Part shown: positions 1 through 12,600 of the stretch, in pieces
Layout: every line of letters begins with the position of its first letter
How positions within the stretch are numbered: the stretch's first letter is position 1
Origin: Amoebophrya sp. A120
Taxonomy: Eukaryota > Protista > Dinoflagellata
DNA length: 37,372 nucleotides
NCBI GenBank assembly: GCA_905178155.1
Contig: CAJINV010000024.1
Location: forward strand, 141,601-178,972
Reading direction: 5' to 3'
Translations under genes and position numbers: made by a program
Notes under the pieces: generated by a model
Told to the model about the DNA's origin: nothing
The model's database searches: none
Seen by the model: the letters and a program-made list of their open reading frames with translations, nothing else

Positions 1-526
1 CGCCGGTTTGCCGGGGCCGCCAGGTTGCTCGCAGTCCGCAGCCGAGTGTGGCGATTTGGGCACACGAGACGCCAACACAGACGCGGCGCGGTTGTGCACA
101 CAAACAGCAGCGGAGTCCATGCGCGCGCCGCGTTTTCGGTTGCATTGCAACACACTTTGGCACGAGCTAAACCGAAGGTTTCCCGGGAAACCTTAAACGA
201 CCCTGCCCGAGCGGAGTCCATTGATTTCTAGGTCTCACAGCGTCACTTTCTCTATAATATTGAGGTATAATGCCGCCCGAAGTAGAAACGCCCGGGATAT
301 CATTATCAATATGATATTAACGGCGAAATTGTCTAGCTCGTACAGGAGCGAGAAAGAAAATCGAAATGGTGCTCCTCTTTCAACAGAATAAATAACGTCA
401 CGACCTGAGTTCTTGAAAATATTCCAAGCGATGGAACCCACATCTAGCGTAGCGAGTATCTACTTAGGAGCAGGAATTCAAGACTTACATTACAACTGCA
501 GCGATTTATTTTTTTCGCCAATATAC

Positions 527-1852
527 CGTATTTCACAGGAAACTCGACGTTGTACACATCGTCCTCCTTCTGAAAGAGAAACTCAGTCGCCATCGCAAGT
601 CGGCATCTGCTATCCAATGCGCCCTGGTTCGGATTGAGAGCCATATTGACCCTCGAGAGACGAGAATCGTCGGTCGCCCGGGAGAACGCAAGCGTTTCTG
701 GTGGGGTCCATTTGACTAGCTTCGCACTGTCGGTCCCAGTCCTCCGTAGCCGGGATGCGATGCTCTTGCGGTTTTCCGGTGCGTTTTCATGAAAAAACTC
801 TAACACCTCGCGGAAAAATCCTCTATCATTTTTGTGGCATCCACTGGAGAGAGCGGTGGAGCTATATTTTCTCGGAACTACCAGCGCGCTCCCAAAGTCG
901 TATTGATAAGCAGTAGCCGGGTTGCAAGTCTCACGCGCCATTGTCATAAGCAGTCGCACCTGCATGGTGAAATTGTCGAGTGAATATCATGAGCTGGGTG
1001 TCAGACAATTGAGCCGGAGGTGCTCCACGAAGAAGTGAAAATTGGGACATTAAAAGTCGTTAAATGCCAGTGCAGTCGTATACGTAATGAAAGAATGCGC
1101 ACATGACTTACACTCCAGGGCGTCAGGTTTGGCGGAGCCGCGCTTTCCGGTCCCTCGATCATCCTCTGGAAAGACTGCAGGTGGCGTCTTCCTAGATCAA
1201 TATCTGCATTCCAATAATCTCGAGGCAGTTTGGTTCCAACTTTTTCCCGCAGCACTTCCAGAAAGAGGTCCTCGCAGCTTTCCGTTCGGTTTGCGAGTGT
1301 TCGGTCATCCGTGTTTTGTGCCAATGCCGCCACTGCTACCTTCTTCCCTTCGGCATCTTTTTGCGAATGCAATTTGCTTGCATTGAGCAATGCTCCCGCG
1401 TCCGCTGCGGACAAGAAACTCAGAATGCCCTCGTTTGCGTTTAGCTGCTGGTTACCAAACATCATCAGGGCGGGTTCGCTGCTTTTGATGTCATCGAGCA
1501 TGTTCCGGTGTTTTCGTCGACCCCCCTTGTTCCCAACTGGCTCCGCGCGACGTTGCTCTCGCAGTGCATCCTCTTTTTCCAGCAGCTCACTCTGCTGTGG
1601 TTCGCCTTTTCGCCCTGCTGCAGCAATATTTGGATTTGTAGAAGTTATTCCCACCACTCGGTCGTCCAGCTGCGGCCTCAACCGCCCCGCACATGTTTTT
1701 CTCAGCACGTTTCGCACGGTTGCAACCAGGCGGGTCCTTGCAGATATTTCAGTTTCCTCGGCCGTAGACGCTCCCGCTGTGCTTCCGCAGAAAAGAGAAA
1801 TCGCGAATAACAACAGCAGCAGCCGTTGTTTCAGCTGTTGACGAAGCCGCAT
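527..1852 (-). CDS. Secreted-protein family 1, copy A (exons 1852-1112 and 959-527; exon 3 not found in window)
   Basis: ATG at 1852 followed by a hydrophobic leader (LLLLLFAISLFCGSTAGA). Intron TGG AGT|GTAAGT...CATGCAG|GTG joins W-S to V-R-L-L-M-T-M in phase 0. Second donor TAC G|GTATAT at 526. Shares GILSFLS, SCEDL..EVLRE, P.DYW, GCH..D..FFREVL.FFH and RCR.AMATE.LFQ with the other copies. Confidence 0.8.
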
Positions 1853-2584
1853 GGTACTTTCACCGGTCTAAGTTATCTGTATCTCGCCTGTCAACATGCC
1901 CTGATGTATAATTAATAACTGGCGCTACTTGAAGCCCCGCCGCGAAACATAATTTTCCGAGCCGCAATGACACGACAGCACAAAACTAGCAGATAATTAC
2001 TTTTGGTAATATCGCTTTGTATCGCTTTGTATAGCTGGGAGAAACAGGTTGGCGCCACTGTAGAATAGAGGGGGACGGAGGTAATCAATGGAGGTGCCAA
2101 ATCCTATGGATACTAGAATCTTCAGCAGCAAGTTAATGAAGGAGCGGAAGTTGCTTTGTTTGCATTTCCATCTTTGTTGCGGTAGCAAGAATCTTGCTCT
2201 ATGTTGGTTTGTATATCGGAAATAGCTTTGTCATTCTTGGAGTGCATATTGATACTACAACCGGGACTGCCTCGAACTCCAATCGAATCGAATCTTGATT
2301 TGTTAATTTGAAGCCTTGCAATTGCCATCTCGTCTCCCACGTGTTAAATATAAATGGAAAGTTCAAAAAGCGAGCCAGGGAGAATCAACATTCAAGACAT
2401 GACGCGAAGCCGGTTCAGTTCTTGTTTGAATGTAACATCTGCGAGCGGCGTATATTTTCCTCATGGCGCTCGCGTTCGCAACTCTTCATGCCTAGCCCAG
2501 AGAGCCGTGGCAATGCGTATCCTACTGCAGCCTCTACACAGCTTTCTTTTGCAGCGTCAACGCTTTTTTCCGATGGAGTTGGAA

Positions 2585-4880
2585 CTACATCTCAGCAGCA
2601 CTAACCGGAGTGGGAATGACAACTGAAAACTCGCTCGGATTTGCGGCCAAAATACGTGGCGGCCTGCGATCGTCCATACGTCGGGTGTCATAATAGGAAG
2701 TGTTCTGTAGCCGTGCGGCATGATGGCTTCGCCAGTCCCATTGGAATTGATCGTACGACCAACGCAGGCTGACGCCGTCTGATTCTGTTCGCCACCGTCG
2801 CTCATAAGTGCGAAAAAGTCTCCGAAAAGATGTATACCAAGCTGCGTCAATGGGGTCTTGTCTGGAATAGTCGTCTTCGACGTCTGATACGTTCGCGTCC
2901 GGATCCGAATTTAGGCAGTAACCTGAGGTGACCATCAAAACTATTGAATTTACTGACTTTTTGCGTCATGCAGATTTTCATCGCATACTTACCACTCTGC
3001 AACGATCAACATGAAGCCATGTCGCATTTGCACACGTCGGTCGGCGCGATGAGGGAATTGTTCATAGGAGTAATCAAAAGAAAATGCACTTGAAATGATA
3101 AATCACCAGTGAGGTGGCATTTTTCCTAGCCGTTTAGGGTGGGGGATGAAGATAGTGAGCGAGCAAACAAATAGATACCATGCTTCACGAAGAAAAAGGG
3201 TGTGTCGTAGACAACCGCGTGTCTCTGAAAGAGGAGCTCCGTTGCCATTGCAAGTCGACATCTGCTATCCAAGAGGCCCCGATTGGGATTGCTCGCGATT
3301 GCCCGCGCAGCCAAAGTTCCATTGAATCCATTGGTCTCCTGCGGGGGATTCCAAATTACAACATGCTTTCCCTTCTCAGACGTACGATCCGACCGTGAAA
3401 CTTCCGCGTGGAAAAAGTCCAAAACCTCGCGGAAAAAATCCCGGTCACCCGCATGGCAACCCTTTTGAAGGTTCTCCGACGCGTACCTATCCTGCAATAT
3501 CGCGGTTTCGTTTTCGCTGGTGCTGTAGGATCTGAGGGGACTGCAGGTCTCGGCCGCCATCGACATCAACAACAGTACCTGTTCAAATTTCAGATTTGGA
3601 ACGTGTGGCTTTTTCAGACAAAATATGGCGCTATCCCGTATCTAGTACAGTGTAAATTATGGGAGAATTATTCAATTCTGCTTCTATCAAGTGGATAAGA
3701 TATAACCTTCGATCACGTGCAACAAACTGGTAAGTACGCTCCAGTCGGTCTCGCCGGCAGTCTGTTTCCTTCTTCTCGGCGAGTCCAGACGGCACTGGAA
3801 CTTCGCCAAGAAATCAGAATGCCCATCGACCTGGGGGTTCCAGTAGTCCCGCGGCTTCTTCGTCCCGACTCGCTCGCGCAGAACCTCCAGCCACAGGTCC
3901 TCGCAGCTTTCCGCGCGGTTTTCCAGCTTGCTGTCGTGTCTGTATTGTTCCCACGCAGCAGCTTTCACGCTGTTGTTCTCGCTTGCATTAGATGTGGACG
4001 GCGCACCGCGATCTTCTTGTTCAACATCGTCCGTGTGCTTTTTACTCGTCTGCAGCACAGCAACCGCTTCTTTCGGGGAGAGAAAGCTCAAAATACCGTC
4101 TTTTTCGTGTAGGAGCGAAGTTCTCGTAGAATTTCCTGACAGCAGAAGGCCCCGCTCCCTGAGGGTCGGCTGACCGAGCAAACCTGTGTTGCTTACAGGG
4201 TTCGAAGCCTTGCGCCCTTTCTGACCCATCATGGTTCGAGGACAGGCCACAAGATCACCAGATGATGAATCCCTTGTACCCTCATTCGCCACGGTTTTTT
4301 CTGTTCTTGGCATAACTGCATCCCCATCCGCGCCTTCTACAGGTTGTGTAGCTTCGCTGCTTGTCGAAAAATCATGGCTTTTTGATGATGTAGAAAAAAT
4401 TTCGGAGGTCTCAGGCCCGGGTATCATACTAACGAAACTAGTAGCAGGAGCAGTGCGGCTCCACTTCCGCCCACCAGTGCTGCAGCCAGGCTTGCTCGTA
4501 TTCCCAGCCTGGCTGTCTCGGCTTTCTGAGCAGCTGTGTCCTGCATTTCTTTGCTCCGGACCCACAGTTCTTTGTCGCAGTTCAGTTCGCCGTTCCTCCC
4601 CGCCGCGTTCCGCAACGGGTCCCCCAACTGCACCTTCAACCTTGTCCTGTTTCGGCCTTCGCCGCCTCGAGCACGTCTTTTGCAGTATGGCGTCTCGCAC
4701 GGTGGCCAAAAAATGCCTGCCCGAAGAATGATGTGGCTTTGCCGTAGCAAAAGCTGACGGTGGAAGGACTGCGCGCGTCCCGGCCAGTTGTCCAGACGCC
4801 ACAGCTTCCGCCCTAATTTCAGTTTCTAACGCACGTAGACAATTGGAAAACAGCAACAGAAGTTGTCGGCGAAAACGCAT
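2585..4880 (-). CDS. Secreted-protein family 1, copy B (exons 4880-3738, 3578-3179, 2922-2585)
   Basis: GT-AG introns at the same positions and phases as the paralogues (DWS|VLLLMSM; VKHG|YCL). Exon 3 carries SDGVSLRWSYDQFQWDWR. The leader is shorter and a weaker signal-peptide candidate. Confidence 0.85.
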
Positions 4881-5733
4881 TTTGGAGTTTTCTTTGTTCG
4901 CCCTGTCTTGAGAAAAGGTAGGAAAGCTGTCCTCTCGTGGTGGTGCTTACTAGCACTAGCCACAGGCCGGCACTTCTAGACCAGTGAATAGTACAATTAC
5001 GAACAAATCATGGAGATAACGTTCAGACACCTCTACACAGACTACCACTATCCTACAACAAATTCTGTTCTAAAAAGTTAAAGTGGCGGTATTACAGCGA
5101 AACATAATTTTTACACAGGTGCCGCTGCAGGAGGAAAGAGGAGGGCTTTTTCGAGGACGAGGACCCTTCATTTTTGAATCAAGGCTTAGTCCAGATGGCA
5201 TACTTACTCCACGTTGACCCACTAGTACTAAGGTGCACCATACTTTTCTCCATGTTTTCATCTCAATCATTCTGCTTATTCTCAGAAGAATAATTATTAT
5301 AATTCTGGCCAATGACAGTGCGCCTGCGCACGTGCATAAGAGGATCGTACAGGAGGCACGAGGATCTTGAATTCCCATGGGAGCCTCATAAATTCATACA
5401 TTTTACCCGTCCTGGCCTGCCAACCATCTCCGGACCACGACCCCGCCATTGTCGTGTCTTGCGAGTATGCATTTCGACCCCAGTAGCTCGTAGGACACGA
5501 GGACACGAACTAGGTCCTTCACTGCCGAAGGACATTGCTCAGCCCCTCCTGCTGAACAAAAACTGAACTATCTTGAGATTTGTAGCATAAGCGTTAGCCT
5601 TGGTTATTGACCAGTTCCATTTCGCCGGCAAGACTATACCACGGAATCCTACATTTACAAAAGCGCACTCTGCTAAAAAAATAGGATATTTTTCATCGTA
5701 CATTCCATATCGTATTCAAGCCTGCACCCCACA

Positions 5734-8700
5734 TCAGCTTCGCTCCTGAGACTCGTTTGCGATGTCGTCGATTTTGGAAGGATAAAAGACCAGATATCGT
5801 TTCGGACTGTTAGTGAGCCTTTTCGGCACAAGTGGCGCGCCTCTATCTAAAAGCTTTTCGTATGATCCGCGATCCCTCAATCGCTGTGCATGGAGGCTTC
5901 GCCAGTCCCACTGAAGTTGGTCGTACGACCAACGGAGCCCTACACCATCGGAGCCACTCCGCCACTTCTTTGCAAATTTCCGAAACATTTTTCGGAAAAA
6001 TGGGTACCAGTTTTCGTCTAGCGGTTCCCTTCTAACTGGCGTTACCCAGAGACGTGGGTCGGTAGCATTTATCAATTCTGGGTTCAGGCAGTAACCTGTA
6101 TTGTTTATGGATATGTTGCCCTTCGAATTAGTTTTAGACACAAATAAAGGTCTACCTCGTCGAGGTAGACCAGTCGAACAAGAATAGCACGGCTCGCACC
6201 ATCGCTCGGCCAGGTGCTCAAGCCACAGCGATTCAGAACCAAAACGAAGCCAGGCATAGTCGGAGAGGAGGAGCAAATAAGATAAGCCTCAAGGGGAAGG
6301 GTTGGGTACACAGGATAGCTAGTTTCACATGGGAATAAGTGCGCGGCCTGCTGTAGTGTGGGTATATCGATATCCACGTACGTCCAGTAGGCAGCCGTAA
6401 CGGACACATTCCCATCACTCAACGAAGACACACGCATTTATCGACTTACCGTGCTTCACCGGAAATGGCAGCGTGTTGCACACAAGATCATAGTTCTGAA
6501 ACAGAAACTCCGTTGCCATAGCCACACGGCACCTTCGATCCAAAATCAACGGATTTGGATTCCGCGCCATGTTCACTTTCCTAGCGAAGTCAGACGGAGA
6601 AACAGGGAGGCCTTCCGACGCCTTCCAGCTCTTCCTGTAAAAAGCGTGCGCGACCGGTGGGTTCCAAACTACCACATGTCGCACCGAAACAGCTGCAGTC
6701 TGAGTTTTTTTGCTTCTATCCACCGTTGCACTTCGGGTCGCAGATGATTCTTCGTGGAAAAAATCCAGAACCTCGCGAAAAAATGCCTTGTCGCTTTTGT
6801 GGCACCCTTTTCGAAGCTTGTCCGAGTCGTAGGTCGGCAAGATGGAAAGGCCCACACTGCCTGCAGTTTCGTACAACGTGGCCGGATTGCACGTCTCCCT
6901 AACCATGGTCATCAGAAATCGCACCTGAAACAGAAGGTTAGAGTTGAAATTTTACAGATGCATAGATAGTATCTATTCAAAGGNNNNNNNNNNNNNNNNN
7001 NNNNNNNNNNNNNNNNNNNNNNNNNNNNNNNNNNNNNNNNNNNNNNNNNNNNNNNNNNNNNNNNNNNNNNNNNNNNNNNNNNNNNNNNNNNNNNNNNNNN
7101 NNNNNNNNNNNNNNNNNNNNNNNNNNNNNNNNNNNNNNNNNNNNNNNNNNNNNNNNNNNNNNNNNNNNNNNNNNNNNNNNNNNNNNNNNNNNNNNNNNNN
7201 NNNNNNNNNNNNNNNNNNNNNNNNNNNNNNNNNNNNNNNNNNNNNNNNNNNNNNNNNNNNNNNNNNNNNNNNNNNNNNNNNNNNNNNNNNNNNNNNNNNN
7301 NNNNNNNNNNNNNNNNNNNNNNNNNNNNNNNNNNNNNNNNNNNNNNNNNNNNNNNNNNNNNNNNNNNNNNNNNNNNNNNNNNNNNNNNNNNNNNNNNNNN
7401 NNNNNNNNNNNNNNNNNNNNNNNNNNNNNNNNNNNNNNNNNNNNNNNNNNNNNNNNNNNNNNNNNNNNNNNNNNNNNNNNNNNNNNNNNNNNNNNNNNNN
7501 NNNNNNNNNNNNNNNNNNNNNNNNNNNNNNNNNNNNNNNNNNNNNNNNNNNNNNNNNNNNNNNNNNNNNNNNNNNNNNNNNNNNNNNNNNNNNNNNNNNN
7601 NNNNNNNNNNNNNNNNNNNNNNNNNNNNNNNNNNNNNNNNNNNNNNNNNNNNNNNNNNNNNNNNNNNNNNNNNNNNNNNNNNNNNNNNNNNNNNNNNNNN
7701 NNNNNNNNNNNNNNNNNNNNNNNNNNNNNNNNNNNNNNNNNNNNNNNNNNNNNNNNNNNNNNNNNNNNNNNNNNNNNNNNNNNNNNNNNNNNNNNNNNNN
7801 NNNNNNNNNNNNNNNNNNNNNNNNNNNNNNNNNNNNNNNNNNNNNNNNNNNNNNNNNNNNNNNNNNNNNNNNNNNNNNNNNNNNNNNNNNNNNNNNNNNN
7901 NNNNNNNNNNNNNNNNNNNNNNNNNNNNNNNNNNNNNNNNNNNNNNNNNCTAACCATGGTCATCAGAAATCGTACCTGAAACAGAAGGTTAGAGTTGAAA
8001 TTTTACAGATGCATAGATAGTATCTATTCAAAGGGCAAGCGCTAGTAACGCACAGGCAGTGGCAGCCAGTGAAGTGAGTCTGAGTGCATTGCCGACACGA
8101 TCGCACCACCTTCGCCTTGCGTTGAGAATAATCGCGCGCAAGTGGCAACGGCAGGCGAGCGAAAAAAAACGGAGCTGAAGGGAAACATATCAATAAATGT
8201 GCTGGCTCTACAAAAGGGCAGTACACTCCAATCCGTAGCGGCCGCAGAAGTTCGTTTGCCACCCTCTGCTCGAGATACTTCAACTTCAGATTGGTATTTT
8301 TGTAAATAATCCCTGCCCAAGTCCACAGTGTCGCTCCAATAGTCAATAGGCATTTTTGTGCCCAATCGCTCCCGCAAAACCTCTATGTAGAGGTCTTCAC
8401 AGCTATCCGCTCGCTCTTCTAGTGCTCTACCCAGAGTCTTCTGGGCGCGGGCGGCTGCAGCAAGTTGCGCACCGGTTGCGTCTGCTTCCGAATTCGGCTT
8501 GGCAGTTCCCAACAATGCAGCTGCGTCCCCAGCGGATAAGAAGCTCAAAATGCCGTTCTGCTCATTCAAAAAACCCGTTGGTCCAGAGAGAAGTAGCCCC
8601 GGCTGTACGCGTTTGATATCGGTCAAAAGATCCCTACGCACTTCCGGTACGGCAACGGGTTGCTTCATTCTGACGGGCCTGTCCTCCCGTTGTAAGGCCT

Positions 8701-9418
8701 CTACCTGCATTCCAGCGTAATTTTGTTTTTCCTTCGGTAATGAATCGGCTCTGTTCAGCTTTATCTTCACCCCCGCCCGGCTTCCTACGTTAGCAGCACG
8801 GCTTGCCGACTCGCTGTCGCTCTCTTGCCCCGTCCGGATCTCCGTGCCTCCACTCGTAGTTCCACTTGATGAGGCGCCATCGTTTCCGAATGTCGGAACG
8901 AAACCTCGACGCCGGGTCTCTTGCGGCGGGCCCGGTATCATCCGAATAAAGTTGTCACCGGCGGAAGCCTGAGTCGCAATATTTTTCGCGCCCCTGCGAT
9001 AAGATGCGCCCCTTCTGTCCTCGACAATGCCCTCGTCGATCGCTTGGTCGGGCTCCGGGCGACGTTCCTCTCGCAGTCCATCCTCTTTTTGCAGCTCACT
9101 CGGCTGTGGCGTTCCTCGTCGCCCTCCTGCAGAAATATTTGGACTTGTAGAAGATATCGCCGCCCCTCGCCCTCGGTCCTGCTGCGGCCTCAAGCGCCCG
9201 GCGCAGGTTTTTCTCAGTACGTGTCGCACTGTTTGAACCAGGCGGGCTCTTGTAGAACAAATTTCAATATTCTCAGCAGCAGATGGAGCTGGAACAGCTG
9301 TATCGGACGTTTCGGAAGCTGCAGCCGCTGCTTGTACTCCTCTACTCGTTGTACTAGCGTGGGAAAGGGAAAACCAAGAGAACAGCAAGAACTGCTGCAG
9401 GTGTTGACGATGCCGCAT
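5734..9418 (-). CDS. Secreted-protein family 1, copy C (exons 9418-8225, 6924[or 7975]-6450, 6095-5734), spanning the N gap
   Basis: ATG at 9418 (MRHRQHLQQFLLFSWFSLSHAS). Donors at 8224 and 6449, acceptors at 7976/6925 and 6096. Same conserved motifs as the other copies. Could be parts of two tandem copies if the gap is real. Confidence 0.75.
6984..7949. other. Assembly gap (966 N), flanked by a duplicated 85-bp sequence
   Basis: 6899-6983 equals 7950-8034 except for one base (gcacctg vs gtacctg). Confidence 0.95.
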
Positions 9419-9640
9419 TGTGCTTTCGACAGTGTAACTTTTCCTTCTCCCACCTTCTCGTAGGCTGATGGGGAAGCAAGAACTCACTCGCGCTTCCTAG
9501 TGACGTAAGTACTCAGGAGCACCACTTCTACCGTGAAAAAAACACTCTAGTATCACAACATCAATCATACAATTTGTCTACTAGCCGCGAGAAATTAATG
9601 CGTCGGCGCCGCTGGTGGAGAAGAAAAGGGGGTGAAGAAC

Positions 9641-9682
9641 TATGGCCCCCTCAAAACGTAAGTTCTCAACTCGTAAGTGCGC
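9641..9682 (+). repeat. Left terminal inverted repeat, perfect 42-bp core
   Basis: Exact reverse complement of 18906-18947. Confidence 0.95.
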
Positions 9683-12600
9683 TACCCATAAAAATCGCGA
9701 CAATTTCGCGACTTTTTTGGATGGTGCACTTTTTGCAAAGTTTTTCCGATTTTTGGTTTTTTTCGGACAAGTTGCCTGCCTGGACTTGTCTTCACGAGAG
9801 ACGCCGGCGCGCCATTTTGCAAACCCGCTGCCCCATTTTTTTTATGTGTGAGGAGCAGTAGGGCCCGACGCACGTTGACCCGAGCGCGGCAAGCTTACGA
9901 AGAACACGCGCTGGACCGCAGCGGCGGGAAGCTTGCACTGCCATGCTTCGCCGCAACATCTAAAGACGGCCACTGGGCCGGGCATAACGTCACGCGCGAG
10001 GGTATGGAGCACATGGGAAATCATCAAAAAGCTGCGGGCGCTTGATGCCTTCGCACATCCCCCCGGCCGGTCGCAGGGCGCGCGCCACAGCCTTCAGACA
10101 TGACTTATTTTGCGCCCGTCATCTCTGACACCATCAGGCAGGTTTCGCCGCGATTCTCTTGCGCCGCCCCGCCCTCCCCACAATGCCGCGGGCGCCATTG
10201 CTACGCCACGCATCGGGCACGCGACACTCACTGCGCCCGCCCAACCGGGACGCGGCCTGCCGCAGCGATGGGCCGGCCTCGCGCGGGAGAAAAACCGCGC
10301 GCCCGCCTGCCCGCAATCGCGCACAAGGCATCCCGTGGGGCCCCAATCGTCCAGCCCCCCCTTTGGCGCGCCGACTCCCTGAAACGGAGCACGGAAGCTA
10401 GCAACCGCCCCGGGCAAGCATATGCTCATCAGGCCGAAGCCACCGCGCCACAGTTCGACCGACCGCCCAGGCGGGCTTTCGCTACTTAGGGCCGGCGAAT
10501 CATTGAACCAACGGCGGGCCGGGCCCGGCGAAGCGCTTCCATCGCACACGCGCCGTCCGCTTGCAATTAAAAGGTAAGCAAAAGAAAAGGGCCGCGCAGG
10601 GCGGCCCTTGTTTTGCATGTGCAGACAAACATGCCCGCGCGCATAAACCAGAGAAAGCTGCACCCCCCGGGAGCCTACGCCAGCGGGAAGTGGGCGCGCC
10701 GGCCCTGCGTCGAGCGCTCTAGCTACCTACCTGGCGGCAGCAGCTAGGCAACACCGAACCGGCGCCCGCGGACATACAACTCTACCGCCCGACCAGGGGC
10801 GGCCGAGCGCCATAGGGGGGGGTCGGTCCGTCAGCCTGGGGCGCCCCTCTCCCATTCTTCAGTGCCCCGGTCCGCTCGGCTTCTTTTTTCTTGCATCGGC
10901 ACCCCGGCCCACCCCCGCTCGTTGCCTCCTCTCGAAAATACCGGCACATGCTGGGCCGCCCGCATGCGCATCGCGGCCCGGGCGCAACCGGCCCGGCGAA
11001 AATGCGCGTGAGGCTTGCCGCCACCCAGTCGGGACGATGGCCGCCCCAATGCGCACGCTGCGCACCCCCCGGCCGCGAGCCCGCCCCAGGAGTAGCCCGC
11101 AACGCGCCGCCAAGGCTTTGGCGCCCGCGCGCCCGCGTGCAAGACGCCTCGCCGCTCGTCTGCCCGCCGGCCGGGCCAATGGGCCGGCCCGGTTGCCCGG
11201 GGCATGTGCCGGCCCTGCCCCGTGCTGCCCGTTGCGCAGCCAGCGGGGCCAGCCGGCGGGCCGCGCAAATAAAACGAAGGAGGCCAGAGCAGCCCGCGCC
11301 CCGCCCCTCCGACTCCGCTCCCGATTCGCGCAGGGCGCGTAAAGACAAAAGAAGCAGGGGTTGGCGGCTGGCCGACCCACCCTTGGCGAAGGTCGGCTCT
11401 TCGTTTGCGGGGAGGGGGCCCATGCAAGCCGGCCGCCCGGTGGCCGTCAAACAAACAACGAGCAAGGGGGCCGGCCGCGCGCATTGATTAGCTTGCCGGA
11501 TGACCGCACGGGCCACGGCCACACACACTGTAGCTGGCATCGGGCTAGCCAGGCGCCGCGGCCGCTCTTTGGGGGGCCATCCCACCAGCTGCCGGGCAGC
11601 CTCGGAGGCCGGGAAAGGATGGCGGGAGGGTGGGGCGGAAGCGGCGCCGGCCGGCTTCGATCGTGCGTTTCGCTCGACACCAACTGGCGGGGCCGGTTCG
11701 CGCGGGGGCCTTCGGCCCTCCCCAAGGCAAGGAAGGGCGATCAGCCGCCGCGCGGGAGCCTTTAGGGGAGGACGGGCAGCCGCGGCGCCGGGGGGCCCTT
11801 GCATATTCGCGGCACGCGCGCGGCCCCTTTTTTAGTTGTCTACAGGAAGCGCGCTAGGTTGTAAAAATATTTTCACAGGGCGGGGGCGCGCTTATTGCCG
11901 GCGGAGCAACCTTCACAGGGCGCGCGTTGTTTGTGCGAATAGTGTTACCGGGCGCGCGCTGTTTGTAAAAAAATTTTTACAACTATACCAGCCGGGCCGG
12001 CGTACCCCTGGGTAGCAAATGGGCCAGCGGCGCGGCTTTTCTTGCAAAAACCGGCCCAGAGGGCGGGACGGGGGGGGGCGGGCGGCAAGCCGGCCACCGG
12101 CCGGCCTACCTCTGGGTGGCCGCCTTGCTTGAAGTAAGGCGGCCTAAGATGGCAGCAGGGGGCCACCAGCGAGCACGCTCTGGGGTAGGTGGATAGCTGC
12201 GCGGCGGGCCCGCGCGCTTGCTGCTGGCAGCTGTGTGCGCCTATACCAAACCGGCCCCCCATCTGTGCGGCGCCCTTCCTACCTTGGGTAGCCGCGAGGC
12301 CAGCCCGGACGCAGCCTGCGGCCCGCCTTCGCTCGCCCGCGGGCCGCCGACGTGCGTCGCGCGTCTTTGTATGTGGGCTGGCCTTGTTGCCGCCTTTTGG
12401 GCCACTTGTTGTGGGGGCGGGCGACATGCACGCGCCCGCACGCTCGCAACTGGCCTACAGGATACACACAATGGGCCCCCCCGCCCCCCAACTGCAGGCG
12501 GGGCCCACGCGCCGTAGGCGGTGCACCGGCGCGGCTCGCAGCCATGCACCGGGCCGAGCACAGTAGCCGGCCCCCCAAGCCCGCCCGCCCGCGCTTCCTG

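Noticed and set aside
1700-1852. Canonical PEXEL/RxLR export motif after the leaders
   Set aside because: No RxLxE/Q/D or RxLR-dEER at a conserved position across the copies.
6944-8020. ORFs of 358 and 328 aa across the gap
   Set aside because: Artefacts of translating Ns.
1087-9463. Plus-strand ORFs overlapping family-1 genes
   Set aside because: Antisense shadows of the minus-strand exons with no independent motifs.
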